Assembly: GCA_950097015.1 (NCBI GenBank)
Contig: CATNEN010000038.1
Location: 10,106,001 to 10,170,000, forward strand
DNA: 64,000 nucleotides
Source of the DNA: Macrostomum hystrix
Lineage: Eukaryota > Animalia > Platyhelminthes
Direction: 5' to 3'
Shown here: piece by piece, positions 13,979 through 24,928 of the stretch
Numbering within the stretch: the stretch's first letter is position 1
Layout of the letters: each line of letters opens with the position of its first letter
Position numbers and translations under genes: made by a program
Notes under the pieces: generated by a model
Told to the model about the DNA's origin: nothing
Seen by the model: the letters and a program-made list of their open reading frames with translations, nothing else
Databases searched by the model: none

Positions 13979-14754
13979 CAGTTTTTAATAGACTATTAAT
14001 AGAATTTTAATAGATTTTCGTTGCTATGGAAACACTTATTATTCAAAGCCCCTTGCAAACTAGAACCAGCCGTTGTGTAACCTCAATCGATAGATTTTTT
14101 CTCTTTTTGAAATAAAAAGTCAGCCAGGTTTTTAGTCATTGTGGTTTGTTATTGATGTGCGAATCGTTACATTCACTGTGCTCTGCAATAAATTTACGTG
14201 CTTAATAATTTGTTACAACTCGCAATAAAAAAATATTTTAGGTTTTCGTTGTAATTTGTTGCTATGCTAAGTTTGTGAGCCGTTGCAATAGTTATTTGTT
14301 GTGGCTTGTTTTTGTTCTGTCTGTCTTTCTCTGTTATCGCGTTCGCAATTATTAATCCAAAATTGTTTAGCTTATTTTAATTTATGAGTTTATATTACAT
14401 CTGTGCAATTTTTATAATATTTTAAATGTTTGCTTTTTTGTTTAAATTTATGTTTTGATTTTAAATTAAAGACGACCGCATACTTTTACATTCAAAGATC
14501 GTTTTTCGAGACACTTAGCCTGGTCTGCGGACAATTTGTAAATGTCTAATTCCCTTATCACTTTGTATTTATGTGTTTATTTATTTATTCAGTCCGTTCG
14601 AAGCGATTTAAATAAACAGCAAAACAGAAATATATTAGCTTTGCTCTTGTTAGCGAACTCGTAATTTGTTGTCACCTGTTTCTGTTCCTTCTTAAGCCAC
14701 AGAACTTCCTTAGTTTAATGTTTTAAGCAGACATTTTTATTTACTTATCTTTCT

Positions 14755-15455
14755 CCTCAACCTACTCACTCACTTATCTCCTCTACCTACCCACCTCTCT
14801 CCTCTACCTACTCGCCTATCTCCTCTACCTACTCGCCTGTCTCCTCTACCTACCCACCTGTCTCCTCTACCTACCCACCTGTCTCCTCTACCTACTCGCC
14901 TATCTCCTCTACCTACTCGCCTGTCTCCTCTACCTACCCACCTGTCTCCTCTACCTACCCACCTGTCTCCTCTACCTACTCGCCTATCTCCTCTACCTAC
15001 TCGCCTGTCTCCTCTACCTACTCGCCTGTCTCCTCTACCTACCCACCTGTCTCCTCTACCTACCCACCTGTCTCCTCTACCTACTCGCCTATCTCCTCTA
15101 CCTACTCGCCTGTCTCCTCTACCTACCCACCTGTCTCCTCTACCTACCCACCTGTCTCCTCTACCTACTCGCCTATCTCCTCTACCTACTCGCCTGTCTC
15201 CTCTACCTACCCACCTGTCTCCTCTACCTACCCACCTGTCTCCTCTACCTACCCACCTGTCTCCTCTACCTACTCGCCTATCTCCTCTACCTAATCACCT
15301 ATCTCCTCTACCTACTCGCCTATCTCCTCTACCTACCCACCTGTCTCCTCTACCTACTCGCCTATCTCCTCTACCTACCCACCTGTCTCCTCTACCTACT
15401 CGCCTATCTCCTCTAGCTAATCACCTATCTCCTCTACCTACTCGCCTATCTCCTC
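14755..15455. repeat. Minisatellite, 21-bp unit ctcctctacctactcgcctat / ctcctctacctacccacctgt
   Basis: Tandem copies between PACS and MRPL27. Confidence 0.95.
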
Positions 15456-15974
15456 GACCCACAATCTCTAACTACCAAAATATTTCCTCTGCCTTATTAT
15501 ATTCCTCTCCTGTACTACTCTTCCATCCTTTAACTGCTCCTTCGTCTCATATTTTTTCATAACAATTCATTTATCTATCATTCTTAAATTTCCAACATGA
15601 TCTTGGCGTTTCCATGCTCCAATATCGCTAATATGATTTTAAACAGTACACAATTGACTGTTGTGTAACGTCTTAAACCAGCTTCTTCTGTCCCACGAGT
15701 TGTTGAATTTTATGTAAAAAAGCTCTAAAACACTAATATCTTAGTATTATTTCTGGCTTAATTGTCGCTTATAATTTCTAAGGAAAACTTTTTTGCGCTA
15801 TATTAATTATCCACCTGTTGTCGCCCAAATATTTTAGCTATTTTAAGAGCAAAATAAACCAAGGCGTTTTTATAGGGTGCGTGTTTGCTTGCACATCTCC
15901 TCCACTATGAGCTGCTTCTTCAGTCATTTTACACTTAATAGTTTCTGCATTTTCTGAAGTCCTCTTAAACAGTC

Positions 15975-16562
15975 TGCTCAGCCTCCGTCCTCCCAGATTC
16001 CCCCAGGCTGAGCCTCCGTCTTCCCAGATTCCCCCAGGCTGAGCCTCCGTCTTCCCAGATCCCCCAGGCTGAGCCTCCGTCCTCCCAGATTCCCCCAGGC
16101 TGAGCCTCCGTCCTCCCAGATTCCCCCAGGCTGAGCCTCCGTCCTCCCAGATCCCCAGTCTGAGCCTCCGTCCTCCCAGATTCCCCCAGGCTGAGCCTCC
16201 GTCCTCCCAGATTCCCCCAGGCTGAGCCTCCGTCCTCCCAGATCCCCAGTCTGAGCCTCCGTCCTCCCAGATCCCCAGTCTGAGTCTCCGTCCTCCCAGA
16301 TTCCCCCAGGCTGAGCCTCCGTCCTCCCAGATTCCCCCAGGCTGAGCCTCCGTCCTCCCAGATTCCCAGGCTGAGCCTCCGTCCTCCCAGATTCCCCCAG
16401 GCTGAGCCTCCGTCCTCCCAGATTCCCCCAGGCTGAGCCTCCGTCCTCCCAGATTCCCCCAGGCTGAGCCTCCGTCCTCCCAGATTCCCCCAGGCTGAGC
16501 CTCCATCCTCCCAGATCCCCAGTCTGAGCCTCCGTCCTCCCACATCACCAGGCTGAGCCTCC
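15975..16562. repeat. Minisatellite, ~31-bp unit cagattcccccaggctgagcctccgtcctcc
   Basis: Tandem copies ending ~27 bp before the MRPL27 acceptor. Confidence 0.95.
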
Positions 16563-16589
16563 TTGACGCGCCAAATTGCTGCATTCCAG

Positions 16590-17205
16590 TCCGTCACCAT
16601 TAGTCGCTGTGGTTGCGCTTTGCGCCGCCTGCTTTCCTTGCCATTGTCGGCGAAGCTTCCGGCAGTCGCCACCGGCGCTGTCATCCAGCGGCATCAGCAG
16701 CAGCAGCAGAGTCGTGGCTACGCTGGCGGTATTAAGAAGGTGCCAAATCTAGAGGATCACCCGAAGCGGCGCAAGGGCCGCCATGCACGGCCATTGTTTA
16801 ATGCCCAGTTTCGTGGCTTCACCTTCAACGAGGGTTCCAGGGTAATTTGGGCGCTTTTTCTCTGTTTGCAAGAAAACGCATACAAAAGCGCGTGTTATCG
16901 TTATTTAAAAAGCATTCCTATATTTCCCGTCATTTCAGGTTCGAACCAACGACGTCCTGCTGCGCCAAATCGGGCTTCAATTCTATCCAGGCGAGAACGT
17001 GCGTTTAAATCGCGAAAACTGGGACTTAGTAGCGGAATCGGACGGTCGGTTGCTCCTGACTACGGAGCTGCTGGAGCCCCTTCCAGACAGTCCGCTCTAC
17101 GAGCTCGTAAAGGCTGGCCAGGCCTTTGAAAAGGTGTTTGTCCATGTTGTACGCATGCCAGAGGACGAACTCAAGCCGGAGTATAAGCTTGTGTCATTAG
17201 TTTAA
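16590..17205 (+). CDS. MRPL27: Mitochondrial ribosomal protein bL27m (MRPL27); start codon not present in these exons
   Basis: Exons 16590-16841 and 16939-17205 (GT/AG, phase 0) join to ...RGFTFNEGSRVRTNDVLLRQIGLQFYPGENV...DLVAESDGRLLLTTELLEP...EKVFVHVV...YKLVSLV*, matching the L27 pattern G.K..EG..V..G.I..RQ....PG.NV..LYA..EG.V and the metazoan tail KTFVHVV..FKLV. N-terminus looks like a mitochondrial presequence. Confidence 0.85.
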
Positions 17206-17439
17206 CGCTGTTAGGCTGAACGTTTTACTCTGAGCACAGTCTCAAGTTAATATTACCAGCATAACGTTCATTGTCGGCTTAATGGTTCATTACGTACATG
17301 CGTTATAAAAAAATATAACTAAGTCCACATACTTTAGTTCTAAAAAAGTTCTAAAACATTGAAATTGCAATTCAATTTATTGAGCTTTGTAAGGATTTTA
17401 CTTCGCTAATATTTAATTATACCACTAAGTGAGGATTTA

Positions 17440-17795
17440 TCTCCCCCCAGACAATTTTTGTGCTGCACCCGAACGGAGCAACGCAAGCACACGAATCTCA
17501 AGAACTTTTTTGCGCATCTTCTGAAGCGAGAATCAAGTCGCTAATGTTTTGACCTTCGAGATATTCAATGATTCTGGCTGAAGGTCTCATTTTTCTTATA
17601 AGCGCTAGTGAATTTCATACACCACTATACACGAATTTGAACACTGCGCCTCAGCCCGGCCTTGCCAGGCCTTCAAAATTTATCAGCATGTTACCCGAAT
17701 ATGCCTGCATCATCTCCGTCTTCGGTTGTCACCCACCTTAATCTAGACGGTCTGCTGGACCTTCAAGGCTACAGCAGGTGGAACTAAAGGCTCCC
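17440..17795. mobile_element. Unclassified interspersed repeat (family 3)
   Basis: Homologous copies at 36420-36808 and, internally deleted, 35497-35705 (shared tgcctgcatcatctccgtcttcggt...tctagacgg). Confidence 0.75.
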
Positions 17796-18650
17796 CAATT
17801 TCACTGAACAAGCCTAAATATTATGCGCGGCTCAACCACAGGACACACTCGCCGAGTCTATCAACCAGTCAGTCACAACCCAAAGTTGTTTGCATTCAGG
17901 CGCTGCCAAAAAAAATTCCGGGGGTCCGCCTAAGGTATATAAGGTATTCCGGTGGTATAAAAAACGGGGGGCAAAATAGCTTGGTAGTTCTACTGTTTAG
18001 TAGTTTATATTTTCAAGTTAAGTTTTTATGTAAGAAGAATAAAAAAGTAAGTTTCAATTTCGCTATACTTGGAAAATGACTTTTCTTATTTGCTAAGTGA
18101 ATAGAAGCTACTAATTTTAAGTATTAGAGACAATTGTCTTTAAATTAATAAGTCGAAGACGCACAATGCATTGAGCATCAATTTCTTTAAATGCGTCAGC
18201 ACATTATATTTACGAGTATAATATTAATTACAAATCGAATTTGATTAACTTATTTAGCACAAAAACTGTGCAATGCAAAAAATGATTTTGCAGATGCAAT
18301 CCTTCTGCTTAACCTTATGTGAAAATTTTTTTAATTTTTTTTATATGAACAGAACTGACCTAAACTTTTTATTAGGAATTTTTATCCGGCTTTTAATTAA
18401 AATAATAAAACAAACACTTTACTAAGGTACTGCTGAAAATCGCTTTGCATATGTTTATTATATTTTTAAGTTAGTAAATCTGTGTAAATCTTATTAATAT
18501 AGATCTGTAGCTACGCTTAAGAAAATATACACATAAAATTTTAACGCGAGCGTTTATTCTATTAACATTATCTCTTCTAGCAGCGTCTGTTGGATTTGGT
18601 TAACTAGTAACCAGAATAGTTAACGTAATATATATTGAATCTTATAATAA

Positions 18651-21600
18651 ATGGCATCCCTGGCGTCTAAGCTATTGCTTCCTAGGCAGCGTAAGTATTC
18701 TTGCGCAGCATAATTACTTACTATCTATAATGACGTAGTCCGTAAGGCAACAGTCATGCTGATATGATACTAAAAAACTGCTTCTTTTTATCTGTAGGCT
18801 AAAATATCTGGGTACATTAAGAATATAATATCATAAATATATAAAAATATAGCAAAACAAGAGGTTTGTTTCGTTACACTCTATATTTTTTACCATAGTG
18901 TTATGTATTTGCTGTTACTAAAAAGTTATGGGTCTAATTGAATTTCTGTATTAGCACAATGTATGTAACACAATTTATGCTTATATTGTTTCTATTCTAT
19001 CTCTATTTCTCAGTAAAAAAATGAAAGTGGCAGGATGCTTAGAAATTCACTTATATTAGTGGCCTACTGAGTTACTAGTGTGGCTTATAAGTACAATAGA
19101 GTTGCCTAATCTTTCTTAACTGCAGTTGTTGTTGGTGGTTAACCAAACAAATAGCTATCTTTTTTGTCCAGTCAAAAGAGCAGAAATATAAATATCAGTA
19201 ATGCATAGATTACATTATTGATTTTTGTTGTTATTTAAAAATGACTCTATGAAATGAAATTATATAGGAATTTAATTTTTTATCATATTAAGTAATTTAA
19301 TCTCCTCACCCTTCACACATCTATCACAAGAACCATTAGATATAAAAATGCAACTTAAAAATTCCTATATAAGTAAATTAGTTTGTGGAAAAGTGTACTC
19401 AACAATTGAATCAATAGAAAATCTAGCAAAAAATAGCCAAATTTTGTTTGATAACACATCTGGTAGACAACACTTGTAGCTCTAAAGAGTTGGCAATATG
19501 TATATACTTTAATTCCCTAAATTAAAGTGTCTTTATTACTCATTTACATGTATTAGCAATTTCTATTATAAAGATGTAGCATGAAAAAGAGTGACTATTT
19601 TGTATCTCTGTGGGTCTGTAGTGTATATTTTTATAAAAAATTTGTTGAACAAATCAAGTAACACATCCTTACACTTCTAGTGGTTCTTGAGAGTGAAGTT
19701 TGATGCAATTAAATTACTTTTGATCTAAAGGTAATTAAAATATGTTATTTCAGATATAATAACATATTAGTCAAAAGAGCAGTAAAAAATTAATATGGTA
19801 ATCCATGTAACTAATGATGTATATTTTTCTGCCTCTTTAAATAAACAAATAAAAATGATAGCTATTTGTCAAGTTAACTCAACAAACATCCAAAATTGCT
19901 AATTGTCTAGTTAACTGGATCTCATTTTACATATTCTCTTCACTTTTAAATAACTTCTCTTCAAGTTATAACATAATAAAAATCACAGTTATAGTTAGTT
20001 AGTCAGTTTTGGTCTTTCAAGATTTTAAATACTCTAGCTATTTGTTAATAATTACAAAAAGTTTTTTCAAAGTTGTGATAAAAGTGTTCACATTTTTTTC
20101 TTCAAAGCAGCATCTTTGTTTGCTCTTTCCTTTATCTTCAGGTTTTGATAATTGTTCATTTATTATAAGAATCAGGGTGCTTATCTGAAAGATGTTTCAG
20201 CATGTTGTTATTTGACAAGTGTGGCTTGTTGTGTAACAAGGCTTATCACTCTATCTTTCTCTCTGTATCTCTCTGCCAAGTGTATCTCTAAGTCTCTTTG
20301 AACAGCAGTCTTTGCTGGGAATTTTCTGTGGTTTAGAGGGTCACAGCCTTAAGTAACCAACTTTACACTTCAACACTTTTTTGACTTTCATACTCAATAA
20401 TAGTTTATTGGCATTTTGTAACACTGGTACATTGATTTTTCACAAAGAAATTACAGTATTTATATACACAAAAAGGTCAGTTACAGTGAAGGAATTTGAC
20501 AAAACATTTTTTATATTTTTGCGCACTTGAACAAAAAGCATCTGGGTACAAAATTGACTTTTTAAAAAGAGTGATAAAGACATCCCTACTATATCTGTGC
20601 CCCTAATCAACTTTTCTATCACGCATTCTACAATGCCACTACTGTGTGTCACCATTGCACAAAGGGAAAAATCCAAATTTCTAGGTTGCCTTTGCATGCC
20701 TTGAATAGATTACAAATTTTAAAATGACTAGCAATCAAAGAGTCCCTAACACCATACCAAAGAATTCAGAGTTTTCATTGCACTCATTCTAAATAAGTGC
20801 CTTTGTCATAAATACCATAAAGTCGTGTCTATCCTAACCTCAAACAGGCAGGGAACTAGGAAAATACTTCCTGGAACTTAACAGGTTTCATGTGAAATCC
20901 CATGTTTTTGTATCTCTATTAAATTAAGTATTTTTGCAAAAAAGTAAAAGCATTGTCCTATCTGTTCTGTATGTAGTATTTCTAAGAAAAAACGGTGAAT
21001 TTGTCATTTACCCCCTGTGAATATCCCATTGAGCAGTGTCGCTGAGCAGTCGCCTTCTGCACACATCTCGCGCCGCACTGGCCATCCCCAAGGGTCCGGA
21101 GCGTGAAGAGTTCATTGAGCAGGGCTCCGGCAAAACTCTCAAGGCCATGGAGTCATGGGCTGAAACCACCAGGACTAGCCTTACAGGCCTGACTGAACGC
21201 TTTGAGCGACTGCACGACATCTACTATGGCAAAGATCGCGACCTCGTGAATTATCCACCGCAGCCTGTGTCGTCATCGCATCCCAAGGTGCGCATGGGCC
21301 TGCTACCGGACTCCTGGTTTCAGGCCTTCTACGACAAGACTGGCGTCCTCGGGCCCTACATCCTGGCCCTGGGAGTGCCAACATTTCTTGTTAGCAAGGA
21401 GTTCTGGGTGCTGGATCCAGAAGGCCTTGTCCTCATCATCACTGTGCCCGCCGTCTACGCTTTCGTCATGCTGTATGGACAGCGCATCAAGGTAAGCGAT
21501 ATCAATTCTGCTCACACTCAAAATGGCTTCTGCTATTTAAATATCAGTACTAAGTCCCATTGCTCCTCAATTCCTCAGTCTTCCCAAATCCCCTCTATCT

Positions 21601-22861
21601 GAACAAAATCGCTTCAGTGTTTTAGTCCTCTTAAATCGCATGGGCCTCAGTTCTCCCGAATCCCATATGTCTCAGTTCTCCCAAATCCTGTGTGCCCCAG
21701 TCCTCCCAAATCCCAAGTGCCTCAGTCCTTTTAAATCCCATGTGTCTCAGTTCTCCCAAATCCCATGTGTCCCAGTCCTCCCAAATCCTATGTGCCCCAG
21801 TCCTCCCAAATCCCAAGTGCCTTAGTCCTTTTAAATCCCATGTGTCTCAGTCCTCCCAAATCCTGTGTCCCAGTCCTCCCAAATCCCATGTGCCCCAGTC
21901 CTTCCAAATCCCATGTGCCCCAGTCCTCCCAAATCCCAAGTGCCTCAGTCCTTTTAAATCCCATGTGTCCCAGTCCTCCCAAATCCCATGTGCCCCAGTC
22001 CTTCCAAATCCCATGTGTCTCAGTCCTCCCAAATCCTATGTGCCCCAGTCCTCCCAAATCCCAAGTGCCTTCAGTCCTTTTAAATCCCATGTGTCTCAGT
22101 TCTCCCAAATCCCATGTGTCCCAGTCCTCCCAAATCTCATATCTAAGTCTCCCAAATCCCACGTGCAAGTCTCCTAAATCCCATGTCTAAGTCTCCCAAA
22201 TCCCATGTCTAAGTCTCCCAAATCCCATGTCTAAGTCTCCCAAATCCCATGTCTAAGTCTCCCAATTCCCATGTCTAAGTCTCCCAAATTCCATGTCTGA
22301 GCCTCCCAAATCCCATGTGTAAGTCTCCCAAATCCCATGTCTGAGCCTCCCAAATGCCACGTGCAAGTCTCCTAAATCCCATGTCTAAGCCTCCCAAATC
22401 CCATGTGTCCCAGTCCTCCCAAATCCCATGTCTAAGTCTCCCAAATCCTTCAACCACGTCGGCAGGACTACGAGACCAAGATGAACAACAAACTGAACAG
22501 CGAATTATACGTTAAGCCGATTGAGGCCGCCAAGGACACGGGTCGGCAGCTGGTCAAGCTGACCGAGGCCCAGCTGCAGAGCCTGCCAGCTGTGTTCGAG
22601 GAGGCCTTCAAGGCCAAGCGGGACATCCTGAACCTCCAGCTGGAGGAGGAGTACCGTCGCCGGCTCGCGAACGTTGCTCGCGCCGTCGAGCGCCGCATGA
22701 CCTACCACGTTGAGCTGGCTTCGGCTAAGAAGAGCTTCGAGCAGCAGCACCTGGTGCAGTGGGTGCTGGACGGTGTGACCAGGAGCATCACCCCGCAGCA
22801 GGAGAAGGATGCTATTCAGCAATGCATCCGAGATCTGAGAGCTCTGGCGCCGAAGGCTTAA
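18651..22861 (+). CDS. ATP5PB: Mitochondrial ATP synthase peripheral stalk subunit b, 3 exons
   Basis: Exons 18651-18690, 21037-21491, 22466-22861 with consistent phase. Motifs RDLVNYP..KVRMGLLPDSWFQAFYDKTGVLGPY..SKEFWV; LEEEYRRRL..V.RRMTYH; EQQHLVQWV..SITPQQEKDAIQQCIRDLRALA. Confidence 0.95.
19120..19900. mobile_element. Degenerate foldback/MITE in ATP5PB intron 1, related to the 42.1-kb element
   Basis: Left end gcagttgttg..ggttaaccaaacaaatagctat and right end atagctatttgtcaagttaac resemble the 42104-42689 TIRs. Internal inverted blocks (aagaaccattaga / tctagtggttctt). Confidence 0.5.
21555..22448. repeat. Minisatellite (~24-30 bp, cccaaatcccatgtgtcccagtcct family) filling ATP5PB intron 2
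   Basis: Tandem variant copies reaching to within ~17 bp of the acceptor. Confidence 0.93.
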
Positions 22862-24499
22862 AATTGAGGGCCGTTTAAGTTCAGATTTTTATAAACATTT
22901 TGGGTGTGATAGCTAAGGTAATGTTTATAATTGTATTATTATTTGGCTAGAACGAAATTTAACGTTAAGCGTTAAGACATAGTAACGGAAGTTAACGTTA
23001 AGTAACGAACTAAATTTAAGCTTTAATAACTAAGCCTGTCAAAATAGCTTAATGTCATGTGTGCCTAGATATATACTAACTAGCTGTTCAACATTAGTGT
23101 ACCCAAATCCTCTCTAAATCTGTTTAACACCCAATGCGATGTCCTTAGAAATTTTAATTATTAATAAATTTTCAAATTTACCGGTAGTCACACTTAGATG
23201 TCTGAGTTAAAGCTGTGTGCGATTGTTCTCGCCTGTCTGAGCACCATCGGCTCGGAAAACAATACACTGAAAGCAGAAACCAACTTTTCTTGACGGGGCG
23301 GCGTTTGAAGAGCCACGGTTGGTTGTCGCCTTGTTTTAAAAAAGAAAATTAAGATAGTTATAACATTTTTTCAACGAGAACTTGCTTGTGTTGCTTTTAT
23401 TTTGATTAAATATTTATCTGATTTAGATTCTTAATCAATTTAAATACTTAGTTAGCACACACGCAGGTGTGTACTACGCACACACGCATTTGAGGTTGGC
23501 CCTCAAATGAATGTGGCCTCGACGCGGAATCGAGAATCTCGGAAAAGGGACCCCAACTATAATTCGTGCTTAATAAAATTCGGTCAGCATATTTCTGAAA
23601 TTAATTTACCAGTTCACAGTTCACATTAGCGGAACGCGCTACTAATAGTAGCAGCAGATTTATTCGTTCGTCTAAACTTATGTTGACCTGTGCCATTTTA
23701 ATCTCTTCTGACTTCTTAGTCCTGATAAAATGAGCCTCGCACAGTCACCGCCCAGGGCAAACTGAAATCTCGTATAATAAACACTGTTGCTATGCGTGGC
23801 CTAATTCCTAATCAGTTCGGGCTCAAATTCCTGAGCAAACTCAGGCGGTGAAGGCTAAAATGCGCAATTCGGTATAGTTAATATATTTGTGTTTGTCCAG
23901 ATAAAATTGCAACGTTAACTGCGTCTGCATGCAGCACTTGGTGCTCTAACGAATTTTTTTGATTGCCTATTTTGCTGCACAAGGCCGTTGACACTATATA
24001 AACTACGATTAGTTATTTGTTATTAGAGTTGCTAATTCTGCAATTCGACGAAATCCAACTGAGAGTTCGAGCTGGACCAGACAATGCTCAGACTGCGTCA
24101 ATCTACTCAGTCGGATGGATCAGTTAGGGTGAGTTATTGATGTTGACAATTGAAGAAATATCTTATGAGAAATTTGTATATTTTCCACCTTTTATAGTGT
24201 AAGCACAATCGATAATATACAGTTTTGTAGTAAAACTACTACTATAACAATCTTCCACTTGAAGTCTGAAGTTCGATTCTGACGGAGAGACGTAGAGATG
24301 TGAGTTAAAATCTCAGCTAATTGAAGTGAGACAGACTAGGGTCCTTAAGCAAGGCAATCAATTACTTAATTGAGTGTGTGAATTCACTCAAGCAGTAAAA
24401 ATGGTACAGTCGTATCTCGGAGACTCGGATAGAAGTATCAGGTGGGTGTCTTGTCGTTGCCTCCCCAGTCTATGGACCGAACAGTTGTACACAACTAAC

Positions 24500-24813
24500 A
24501 ACACAACAACTAATATCAATTAATGGTTGAATACGCCTACACCAATCGGGCCGAATGTGCATCCGATAGCAGCTATTTCGTGGCGCATCTGAAGGCTGCG
24601 TACGGCTGTTCAGTCCATGGACTGGTAGGACGCAACACTCACCCCCAATAACCCCAGCTAATGCTGGTACCCATTTTGACAGCTGGGTGAACTGAAGCAA
24701 CGCAGAGTTAAGTGTCTTGCTGAGGACACAAATTGTTCCGATATAGTGGGGAATCGAACCCCCGACCTTCAAGTCGTGAGTCCGTCGCTCTAACCCCCTA
24801 GGCTACCACCCCC
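24500..24813 (-). mobile_element. tRNA-derived SINE with CORE-like domain, family 1
   Basis: Minus strand: A-box tagcctaggggg, B-box ggttcgattcc, then gtgtcctcagcaagacacttaactctgc..cagctgtcaaaatgggtacc resembling the CORE domain. Other copies at 31870, 56455 and fragments at ~3650, 4580, 35735, 36240. Confidence 0.85.
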
Positions 24814-24928
24814 TGCGAGACCGTCTCTTACTGGAAAGACTTGAACAAGATTCTATTCACTTCAAAATAGGTAACTGTACCATAATAATTATATAATATT
24901 ATTATTAACGCTCGTGCTTCACTTCAAG

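Noticed and set aside
15838-16684. Minus-strand 239/248-aa ORFs
   Set aside because: Minisatellite translations.
21031-21036. NAGNAG tandem acceptor (gagcag) in ATP5PB
   Set aside because: GAG acceptors are rarely used and the effect would be about one residue in the presequence.
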